Shown here piece by piece: positions 35,780 through 47,600 of a DNA stretch of 64,000 bases. The notes beneath the pieces were generated by a model. The model saw nothing but the letters and a program-made list of their open reading frames with translations. It made no database searches and had not been told where the DNA came from. Each line of letters starts with the position of its first letter. The first letter of the stretch is position 1. The position numbers were made by a program, and so were the translations under genes. The stretch is from Ptychomitrium polyphyllum (lineage: Eukaryota), in NCBI GenBank assembly GCA_973851085.1, contig OZ316775.1, positions 4,960,001 through 5,024,000 of the forward strand, given 5' to 3'.

Positions 35780-38700
35780 AAATTTTAAACATCTTCAAAG
35801 TTAGTTAAATTCTTTCATGTCAATTCTTTATTTGGTATAAATATTTGAATTTCTTCTAAACTCTTTCTTAAATTTAAAATGCTTTAATGCTTGTATAATA
35901 GCCTATTTAAGTTTATTATTTATAAAGAACATGTTTATTGTGCTATAAATAGTTACAAGGCTTAAAACTTAATTAATATGTATTATTTTGTGGATTTTGA
36001 TTTATTGTGTTTTAGAAAAGAATACTAGGATGAAAAGAGAAGTTAGGTGAAAATGATTGTCATGAAACCATGGTTTTGAGTGTCTTGGTGGTAGAACTGC
36101 ATCATGTCTTAGCTCAAGGTGAAGGTGTCGGTTGACTATGTTATTTTCCTGCCTGCCGTTTCCACTAGTAGTATCAAGTCAAGTACCGCCATCCGAATCA
36201 ACGAACTCAGCAAGAATCGAATTCGGACCGATTCTGCAGCTGAATTTTATCCAGTCAACCAAGTTCATGGCTTGGTGTTTGATTCTGCCTCAGTAGTGAC
36301 TTTATATTCATTGAACTTCAATTTTTTCCTATTTTCTTCCTTTTATTTTAGTTTTAGTTTTCTACTTTAGATTTGTGAGGATTGGTTTTGTCTTCCTTTG
36401 TAGTTTGGAACCTAAAAGTTTTAACCAAAGAAAAGAAAAGAAAAATGATTTAGATTGTTTTTTATTTGAAGATATGGTTAGATAAGGGCTTAATAAAGGA
36501 AATTAGGGGCTGATGTGGAGTGATAAGAGGCGGATGTAGCGGTTTGACCACCGCCCTCTTCTTCTCTCTCGACCTCTCCTACTTGTTACTTAAGGCAGCC
36601 CTTCCTTCAACCATATCGTATTGTACACTTCTTAGTTTGAGTTGATTTTTATTAGATTTTTTTTTTTTTTTGGTTAGCTTTCAAGAATACCATCACACGC
36701 TCTATTTGGAGTTGTTATGTGACCATGGCAGTAGTTTGAATAAAGTTGGTCCAGCTCCCTTGAGTTTTTGAGAGCAGCTGCTTTGAGTGCTTATAACTTC
36801 TTGTAAAAACGGTCTTTGAAGATGGAATTTTAAGGGTATTATTTTGACTACTTCAAGATGATAGTGTAAAAATCTTGAGGGAAAAGGATTTCTGTAGTAT
36901 GAGTTGTAAGAGAATATGTAACCAGGTTTTAGAAGGCAGTATACAACAATGTAGGGGTTATATATTTTGGCTATAAAAGAGGATAGGAGAGGTTTTTAAG
37001 GTTGATGTTTTAGAAAAAAAATTATTATAAGATAAATTGTGTGTGTACAAATTTTCAAAGTCTAAATTCATAATAGAAAAGAAATTATAACGTGGTAAGG
37101 TGAAGGGGGTGCGGTGTGAAGGATGAGAGCTTTGATTGCATGAATGTCAATATATATAGCAGCTATAGTTATGAAACTTTTAGTATAATTTTCTACATGC
37201 TTTTTATACATAGTATTAAAATATCATGATCATTAGAATTTGGAATTATGAAATATGGACAAATTTGTAAGCAAAATTTTAAGGGTGGTATATAGTTATG
37301 GTTTGGGTTTGGAATAAGAACTTTATAAAGTATGTATAGAATGATAAAAAAACTTTGCACTTAATTGACTTCAATTATAATACCATCTAATCAAATTATT
37401 GAGAAATTAGTAGCAGCTAAAGGCTTGGTGCTTTCTCAAAGCAAGGCTCTTCTACCATGAGAACGTGATGAAGAAATTCTATTTAATGAATATTATTTTA
37501 CAAATTTGGAATAGACATAGAAAAATGGAGAAAATCAATGCTTATATATTAAAAATAAAATTATATAATTAAAAATAAAACAATATCAATAATTCAAGAA
37601 TGGATTGAAATTTGTAATTGTGTTAAAAAATAAAAAATAAAGAACCAAATGAAAGCAATTTCAAAAATCAATCTTCAAGAAGCTAGTAGAAATCAGAATT
37701 GGTGCAAGAATTAAACATAATGTCAACACAATGAATGTCTTCTACAATTTATATTGACAAGAATGAAATACACTTCATCTTGCATCTAATTTATACTACA
37801 AAGCCTATGCTTTATAAGATTTTTTTAAAGATTTTTTTTTATAAAATTATAAATATTCTAAAGATTTATGGAAACTTTTTGAAGAAATTCTTCAAGAAGA
37901 TGAAGATACTAGAAGTTACTCAAAGGTTCTTCAAAACTGTGTTGCATAATGGATGTTTGTCACAAAATATTTTTTGAAACTTTAAATACTAGATTGTTAT
38001 TAAAGTAGTCATTATGTGTGTTCAAACCTTATTAATGGCCCTTTTAAAGACCTTCTTTGTTAAATAATAACACCATTTCTTTAAAATATAATTCCTATAT
38101 CAGAAGGCTCTTATTTAAAGTTGAAGGAATTTGCACACAAAATCACCAAATCAAATTGATGTTTTTATGGATTTAATACTATATACATTTACAACCATTT
38201 ATTAATAATTTTTTACTTCCTAAAGGTTTCATTAAATAAATAGTTGAAAGCTAAATAAAAATTCAAAGGTCTACTTATGGTTCCTTCTTTTTAAAGAAAT
38301 TTTATAGATTTAGAATAAGAATATGAACTATATTAATTTTTTCAAATTAAATAATCCGAAATTTAAATCATGTTTGTATTCAAATACTTTTTTTTATCAC
38401 GTACAAACATCTTTTCAATTTCTTCAACTTTTACTTAGTATTTATAATTAAAAAAATATGAATCTTAAAAATAAATTACAATAAGTTTTATAAAAGTTTA
38501 TATTACAGATTTATGTGAATTTGATTTTATTATTGAAAATTGGAAGCATAAAAGACAAAATATTATATAATATAACATATATTTATGATAATTATAAATT
38601 ATAAATCACTTTTTAAATATGAAATTCAAATTTTCTACTCTTATACAAAAGGTGATAAAATTAAGTAAAGAAAAAGTATCATCTCAAATGAGGATGTAGA

Positions 38701-39200
38701 AGGTAAAATGGGAATGTTACAATACTTTGACCATGCTAGATTCTTCAACCGATGAAAGTCTTTAGTTGTAAGAAATGAAGATTCCAATTAATTTTCCCAA
38801 TCTGCAACTAACAAAAGTTGTATTTTCCAAAAGTATGAATTGTACTTAATTTACCATTACAAAAAACGTGAGTGGAGATGCCGACACATAAAATAACCAA
38901 AAGTTTAAAATTTATCTTTATTGTAGATATGAAACATGTATTTCTGGAAATAAGTATATCTTGACTTCAAATTCAAATTTTTAATGACAACAACTAAATA
39001 GGTGCATATTATGAATCTATTAAAAAATCAAAACGAGAATATATGACGAATATGCACAAAATACGTTAATATTACATATGTATATAAAAAATTCACCTTA
39101 AGGCATAAAAATTTAAAATTATACAAAGTACTTTTTATGCAACAAATTAGGGCACTTTAATTATAGCGTGCTTAAAACTATAAGACTTGCATTTGAAGCT
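35780..39200. other. AT-rich intergenic block, probably decayed transposon/repeat remnants
   Basis: Very low GC, CpG-poor and without credible ORFs. Similar blocks lie at ~10800-11870, ~17750-19750 and ~57400-58100. Confidence 0.4.
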
Positions 39201-41477
39201 TTTTAATAACTGACAAGTTGGTTCTAAGAATGCTACTATGTATTCTGTCCACAACTTGTGTGCAAAAGAACCACTTGTCTAAGCAACAACATCAAGACCA
39301 CTTTTAGATAGATATTATTCATATGTGCTTATATTGTTGAGGCTGTTGGTTTTGTATATAGTAATGATTTTGGATCCTTAGTTCTATTGTATCTTCGACT
39401 ACAAAGTATACTTTGTTGTTGTCAATTCTACATCATCTGCTCCATTTCTTACTTATCTTTAGCTTTTCATAATGTTTAGTCTTCCAATACATAAGCAAAG
39501 ACTAATTGGCGTGTTGAAAGATTGAATTGTAAGTTTTGGTACCATTTGTAGAACATAACTCAAATATCTATGGTGGTATTAAATATAGATGTAGGTAGAG
39601 AGAAATATCTATTAGTGGAGCTTAAGTCTTGAAGGCACTTGGCTTTATACTACCATGATAAGATGGTGTCTTTGATGAGGAAGTGGATGCATAAATACTA
39701 TGAATGTTACCATAATCACTTAGACAATATTGCTGGCAAACTTTAATTTGCTGATTGGATGTTAAGTTCCAACTTTGAAAGGAACTTGTAGAAGATATAG
39801 ATACCCCTATGTGTCCGTTTTTTTTTTGTGGCAATTGATGGAATACTTCAATTGTTGGTGATCAAGTTTTATTAACTAACAAACTTTACTTGTCTCTATG
39901 TGTAGCAATCAGATGGAAATCTGAGCTGTGAGCTGTGTTTTATTATCATATTATCGGTAAAAGCAGTGGAGGCTGGTGTAGACAAAATATTTGAAGTTGG
40001 TGGAAAGGACATCTATGGTAGAATGGCAAATTGGCAAATTTTGTATATTGGTGGTGGGATTGATGTACAAACCACATCAAACATCAAACTGTTCAATTTT
40101 GATAATTTAATGGAGGTGTATTGGCTCAATTGCCATGGGCGGTATTATACCTACCATTTCTCTAGCTTCTTTATACATGATTATTAACTTAGAGTAATTA
40201 GTACAAACAAGTTTACTCTGCTAAGAAGGATGCTACATCTTTATTTGACAAATAAAGAATCCACAAATTGTTTTAGTGGTAAGGGGATGTGTGTTTTTAA
40301 TTTCATCTGTGATTGGATGGATTGAACTCAGGTGTGTGTTTTTAGAAGAGTGTGCTACATCTGCTTTTTGATTATCCAACTCAGGATTTTCTAAGAAAGT
40401 TCTAGCAAATTGCTGCTATTCTGCGGGGTTTCTGGTTGGTCTAAGTTAGCCATGGATTATAACGAGATCAAGTAGGTCAATACACTCTGCAACTGCTAAA
40501 GGAAATTTCTCATGCTCTAGACACAGCCAGCTAGAATCATAGATCATTTAATGTGAACATCTCCGAGTAGAGCTTGTGGGAGTGCACCTCATCCTCCTCG
40601 ACATGTCCGACATGGCTGTAAGCCGCCTCCCAAGATTAAAACTTTCCATGCTTGACTGCGTTGAACGCAAGACAACTAACTGTGAAAAGCAACGCAAACA
40701 CACCCTCCTTCCCCTCAAGATCGCCTCCTCTACCTGGGTACCTTGTCCTCCCAGCTCTACAACAAGTTCCATTCTCTCAGGAAATCGACAAGCTTCTGCA
40801 TCGCCCTAACCCCCTCGTCTGTGTGTTGTGCTGGCTACATCCGCAGAATGCCACACAGCACGTACACAACCACATTCTAAAACTAGCGGTAGGAATCAGT
40901 TCCAACTGCGTGTCCTTCCCGTCCGCAAAAAAAACCAACGACTCCAAACTCCTTACAAACGCTGACTCCCACGCAGCATCACGATGCGAGAATTCCGGTT
41001 CAGATTGCCCGCACCATACAAAGCCGACACAAACGAGTCATTGTCAGCCAGAGTGAGCATGGCATCACTGCACCCCTCGGGAACAAGTCGCTCCAGCCTT
41101 CCAGAAGTAGCGAATCTGAGTAGCCCCAGGGTTAGCTTCTGAACAGTCCCTAAGTGCTCCGCACTTACTGGAAGGCAAGCGATTACCGCTCGTGCCTGCC
41201 ATCCCCCACGCGGCCCCAGCAACGCGACCTGGCCGTCCCCCACTTCCATCACTCAGGCACCACACCTCCGCCCCTCGACGCAGGCCGCATGCCGCATACG
41301 TTTCCCCTACGCCCCCGTACACACTGAGGCTCGGACCGTCGAAGAGCCACTCTCATATCTACCGCTATCGTACATGGAGTCCCGCAGAATCTACGACGGA
41401 CCGTATGGGGGACGTATGGGGACGTATGGGGGCCGGTGGGGGTGAGGGACGCAGACTGAGGAGTGCAGGGACCAGGC

Positions 41478-41542
41478 GAGAGGCAGTGGCAGAGGCGGAG
41501 GCAGAGGTGGAGGCGCAGGCGGAGGCGGAGGCCGAGGGCAGA
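41478..41542 (+). repeat. (GAGGCR)n hexamer repeat upstream of the clathrin ATG
   Basis: gaggcagtggcagaggcggaggcagaggtggaggcgcaggcggaggcggaggccgagggcag. Confidence 0.7.
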
Positions 41543-41660
41543 GGGAGCACTTGTGCAGAGAGGGGAGGCGAGGGGCCTTTTTTCGTTTGCAGGTCTTTTG
41601 CTCCAGAGATTTTCACCGGGAGGAGGGCAGCGGCCCGTGCAGCACCGCAATCGTTTCGCC

Positions 41661-44600
41661 ATGGCGGCCAACGCCCCCATCGCCATGAAGGAGGCGTTAA
41701 CGGTACGTCCGGGTGCTTTCGGGGTCGTGTGGGGGTTGGGAGATTCGCTCCTTGTGCCTGTGTGATGGGATGGTTTTCTTGGTGCAGAGTGTGTTTTGGG
41801 ATGTCTGGGGTCTTTTGTTCGGAGGTTTTGGAGTTTGTGTGGTGGAGGGTGGGATCTGGGGATCGGTTGGTGGGTCGAGAATTTGGGGTTTGGAGTTTGG
41901 AGGTGAGGTGGTGTGGGAGGAGGTGTTGAGATGGAGTGCTATGTGGAATCTGTGAGCCGGGTGGGGGGGGTGGGGTTCATGGTTGAGTCGTGGGCAATTT
42001 GGGGTGGTGGCGGTGGAGTGGGGTCTCGCTGAGCTCGTTCTGGTGTGACAATGTAGCTGACGAGCTTGGGCATAAACCAACAATTCGTGACGTTCACCCA
42101 TGTGACGATGGAATCCGACAAGTTCATTTGCGTGCGCGAGACTTCACCTCAGAACAGCGTTGTCATCATCGACATGTCAATGCCCAACCAGCCTCTACGG
42201 CGGCCTATTACAGCTGACTCCGCGCTCATGAATCCCACCAGCAGGGTTCTTGCCCTAAAAGGTGCGTTAACCTCATGCATGAGCTCTGGATCCAAGAGTT
42301 TGCTGCTTTGCGCCGAGCGGGGGACTCACCGTGCCGCTTTGTAATTGGGGCACACGTTGCGCTCCACTGAATCGGAGGCTGATCGCTTTACTGTGTACTC
42401 TCTTAAGAAGTGGTTGAGGGTTCTCAAGATTTCGTTTCAGTGATTATTCTCCTAGTAATTCATCTTCTTGGCTCTTGATAAATCAAATAGTACCGCTAGT
42501 GAAAAGTCAATTGGGGTTCCGAAGCTCTCATCACGTTCACTCAAGAGGACAGATTATCTTTTGCGTAAGGGAAATAGCATCTAACCTGAACGGCGTTAGT
42601 CAATCTACAAGGTGATTGAATAGTTGGAAGAGTTGGATGCTGCCATTTCTTGAGAAACGGCCTGTATTTGCTCGTGGTCGTGCTCCCTGTCTTTTTGTCA
42701 GAGAATTGCAGGGGTCATGTCATGCGATCAGGAACCTTTGCGTGAAAGTCACATTAGAGAAACGATTTAAAGCTGAATTAATAAGCTCGGAGTTTAAGGT
42801 TGTGATCTTATTTTCCGCCGTTTCGAAGACCAGGCCGCACTAACTGTACTCGATTTTTGCTTGAACCTGTGGCTTGTCTTCGCTGGTTATAAATATCGTT
42901 CTCGCCGTCGTATTGGTTGCATTTTGCTTTTATTAATTGTACAGTGTGCCGAGGGCTGATGTTTTATGTTGGTGTTCTTTTCATTGTTTAGCTCAAATGC
43001 CTGGGACTACACAAGATCATTTGCAAATTTTTAACATTGAGTTAAAGGCGAAAATAAAGTCTTATCAGATGCCAGAACAGGTATGAAAGATATGGGCACC
43101 CGTCAATTTGTTTAACAGTTTGTGCATGATAACAGTCTTGTAATACAGTTATTTTTCGGGGTCAGATTTTGCACTCCTTTTGTGGTACTTTTTAAATCCT
43201 ACTTCCTGACTACTTCGTACAGGTGGTATTTTGGAAGTGGATCACTCCAAAGTTACTCGGGCTCGTCACACAATCATCAGTATATCACTGGTCCATAGAA
43301 GGTATAAACATTATCATTCATAAGCTCCGACTCTCCTTTTATTGAGGTTGTTAGTGTTGTGTTTTTTGATCTAGAGATTTTACAACCTATGGTGTTCTAG
43401 TACAAGCTTTAAATCGGTTCTCTAAAACTTCGTTGTTATTGGTATAGGTGAAAGTGAACCATTGAAGATGTTTGAGAGAACTGCAAATTTGACTGGCAAC
43501 CAGATCATTAATTACCGGTGTGATCCTTCTGAAAAGTGGCTCGTATTGATTGGGATTGCGCCTGGGGCTCCTGAGGTACGTTAGACCTAAGAACATGATT
43601 TTGATCAACGATTCGTTTTCTGTAGCTCCCTTACCATACAATATCCATCTGGCAGTTAGCACAACTTTGTGTTTCATGTTTAAGAGACTTGTATTTGGTA
43701 ACGTGCACCTAGTCACTAAAAACTTTCATGACTGGGGCATAGTAAGTCAAATACCGTAATAGTTGAAACGGACATATGATATTGAAGCGACACACAGGTG
43801 CTTCAGATCAGACACCAAGGACTCGACAGTCTATACAATCTGTGACCTCATGCTACTTGAATATTCATCCGAAACAATAACTTTGAATGTGGAAAGGTTT
43901 TTGCCCTTGCATTTGTGCCGTCCGCCCCGCTTATATCATTGACATTGCATGGAATACAGTTTGAAAAGCAATCAACAGTTCTTTCTCACTATGTGATGTG
44001 ATTTGCAGCGCCCACAGCTTGTGAAAGGAAACATGCAGCTGTTTTCCGTGGATCAGCAGAGAAGTCAAGCGTTAGAAGCGCACGCAGCATCATTTGCATC
44101 TTTCAAGGTAAAATGGTCATTTCTTGGACGTAGATCTCTTACGTTGATGTGGTTTGAAGAAGCGCGTGAAATGGCAATTATATCTTTTACATGCTGCTGG
44201 ATCTGCAGTTGTGACTTTTTGAGGTGCTTCTTGAGTGATCCAGGTTTCAGGCCATGAAAAATCCTCTCTTCTTATTGCATTCGCAACAAAGTCTTTGGTT
44301 GGCGGTCAGCTGGTTTCAAAAATGCATGTTATTGAGCTGGGGGCTCAGCCAGGTCTGTGTCTACTTTTCTTGACTCAAATGAGAGTGACTTAACCATTTG
44401 ATGAAATCAGGTGCCAGGAAACGATTCATCAAGTCTCTTGATTGCATTCTCAACAAAAACCATTAGTGCTGGACAGCTTACATCCAAGCTGCATATCATT
44501 GAGCTTGGTGCCCAACCAGGTTGGTCAGACCTGGAATGATCCTACTTATCCACAATTCAATGTTTAGTTTCCTGTACATCCTCGCTTCCATGTTTTCGGA

Positions 44601-47600
44601 GCTTCAGAGAAGATTCGCATGAGATCCACTGAAGCAAAGTGGAGTTCGACTACTACGACCTGTCTTCCTGCTGTCTCTTGACGCAAAGAGGCTGGTGCTA
44701 TTTTCATAGCAATTTGATGTTTCTACGATACGAGGTTTACTATTCCTGACACATTGTTTACACTTGGTTTTCAGGGAGACCTGGGTTTGCAAAGAAGGCG
44801 GCAGATTTGTTCTTTCCTCCGGACTTTGCAGATGATTTTCCAGTTGCAATGCAGGTGGGTCCTCTCATGTAGCGCCAATTGAATGGATATTACTTTAGGG
44901 AATGTATTGTGCTAGATATGTACACGTGTACTTTGCCGCTTCTCCTTTGTTTTATCTTTCTCTGCATCACAATCCTTGAAGCATTTAGAAGTTCCAATTT
45001 ATCTGAACTTGAATATGTTTTAGCTTGGTACTCAGAATGGTTCAGCTTAGCATGTTTGCCTCCATTCCCGGACTGATCCGTTGAATTCCTTGGGTTTTGC
45101 AGATTTCATCCAAATATAATCTTATTTACGTCATTACAAAGCTGGGTCTTCTTTTTGTCTACGATCTGGAAACTGCTACAGCTGTGTATAGGAATCGTAT
45201 CAGCCCAGATCCAATTTTTTTGACAGCTGATGCACCAACAGTTGGTGGGTTTTATGCGGTCAATCGTCGCGGACAAGTTTTACTGGCGGCTGTTAATGAG
45301 GCAACAATTGTCCCATTCGTTAGTAACCAGGTGAACTCTTTGTTCACAGATTATTGATTGATGGCACTTATGTTAAAGTACACCCAGTGGATTGACCTTC
45401 TATTTCAGGTTTGGTGGTGGTCATTTTTTTCCTCTAGAACGTGGCATCCTCTGACCTGATCATATCCTACTGTAATCGGCAGCTAAATAATTTGGAGCTT
45501 GCAGTGAATCTTGCAAGGCGAGGAAATTTGCCTGGAGCAGAAGGCTTGGTATGTTATTTCTTGCAACCTGTTGGAGTTGATGTTGGAGTTGGCATACATA
45601 TGGAGCAGCTTGTTTAGGCCTGTTTGTGTCCGGTGGACTTCTATATGTTGCTAGATCTACTTTCCCTGATATTACGTGTGACATCGGTTCGTCGTCTGTG
45701 CGGGCTAGTAACATCTATTTCTGATCTCTTTAGCAGTCAATTCATGTGATATCTTATATTGACGAAAACGAGGGTTTATTGTTGAATACAGGTTGTGCAA
45801 CGTTTCCAAGAGTTGTTCTCGCAGATGAAATACAAGGAAGCAGCTGACCTTGCAGCTGAATCACCTCAAGGGATTCTTCGAACTCCAGATACCGTGGCTA
45901 AATTTCAGGTTTGTCACCCATTTTCATTGTATTTTTGTTTAATTTCCACAAATTCTATGATTTTATTGCTGTGGTTTCTTGTATTTCTTTCAAGTGACTA
46001 GTACAGCAAATGGATTTCAACCTAGTGTTAATACCTCGGTCTTGTTCCTGATTTAACTTCTGGAAAATAAAATTTTCTATTTTCCTACTGCAGAGCGTTC
46101 CAGTGCAGCCGGGACAGACTTCACCGCTTCTACAGTACTTTGGGACATTGCTGACTAAGGGAAAACTAAATATGTTTGAGTCTTTAGAGCTATCTCGTTT
46201 GGTTGTAAATCAAAACAAGAAGAATTTGCTCGAAAACTGGTTGGCGGAGGACAAGCTCGAGTGTAGTGAAGATCTAGGAGATCTTGTAAAGGTGTCTTAT
46301 TATGACTGTTGACTGGTCTATGATCTACTATCAGTTAAAAATAGTTAACTATGAAAGGGTATTATGTTCTGAGTCAAGTTTATTGCCTCTTATATCGACC
46401 TGCACGACTATTGTTTTGGAAAGACTGCAGGATTAAGATGTAACTGGTTTGGTTGCAAGTTAGTTTCAGCCAGTATGAACATGGAATAATAAGGCTATCT
46501 TCTGTTTTATTCTGTTGGTTGTCATCGTCTGGGCCATCTGGCTTGGCTAATATACTGTAAGCATGCTTTATGTCTCTGCAGACTGTGGACAATGATATGG
46601 CTTTGAAAATCTACATTAAGGCCAGAGCTACTCCCAAAGTGGTTGCCGCTTTTGCTGAGCGGCGTGAGTTTGACAAGATACTCATATACTCCAAGCAGGT
46701 TATTTCAACACAAGATTTTTGAACTCTTAACATCCTTAACCGACTGTTTCCTGGAATGCTTGAGTTCAACAGTTCTTCTCTACTTTTTTGTATCGGGGCC
46801 AACTTGTCGGTGTACTATATACACATGCAGACATAGATGCCTGGAAGATTATTTACACAGTGTCGCCTACACTGCAGGTCGGTTATACTCCAGATTATCT
46901 GTTCCTGCTGCAGACAATCTTGCGATCAGATCCTCAGGTATATTTGAGTTTCCTGCATTATCTTTATAAACAGTATATGAAGGGTTACATTCCTTGTATG
47001 ATGTAATCTATATGTCTCTCTTAGTTCTAATGTTGTCTATTTTATTTGTGGATGCAGGGTGCTGTGAACTTTGCTCTTATGATGTCTCAGCTGGAAGGAG
47101 GGTGCCCAGTAGACTACAATGTCATTACTGACTTGTTCCTTCAGGTATGAATTAACGCTGGTCCATGTTCGGTATTGAATACACCTTTTTTGGAGTACTA
47201 AAATCTTCATTGCCTTCTGGTTATTCTATCTTCTGATATCTTTGTGGTTGTTATGCAGCGCAACATGATCAGGGAGGCAACTGCGTTTCTTTTGGATGTT
47301 CTTAAGCCTAATCTGCCAGAGCATGCTTTGCTTCAAACCAAGGTCTGGTTTAGCCTTCTGCATGCCTTGCTTTCGGATAAATATGTACTCATGGCATTGA
47401 ATCTCAACATCCTCTTTGGCTCCCTTGGTTTGTTTTGACAAGTCCCACTTATTTGTTTGTTTATTTATTCCATCTGTCTTCAACGCTCTTACTTCTGGTT
47501 TACTGGAGTTTGTGCCCTTTCTCATATAGTTTTCCTTTAGAGCTTTTACCGTTGTTGGGTTTGTCAATTTTCACTCAGGATAGGTATTTCTATAGATTTG

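Noticed and set aside
41192..41929. 245-aa ORF (AEAEAEVEAQAEAEAEG) overlapping the clathrin start
   Set aside because: It arises from GC-rich leader DNA, a GAGGCR microsatellite and intron 1. It is out of frame with CHC exon 1 and has no recognisable domain.
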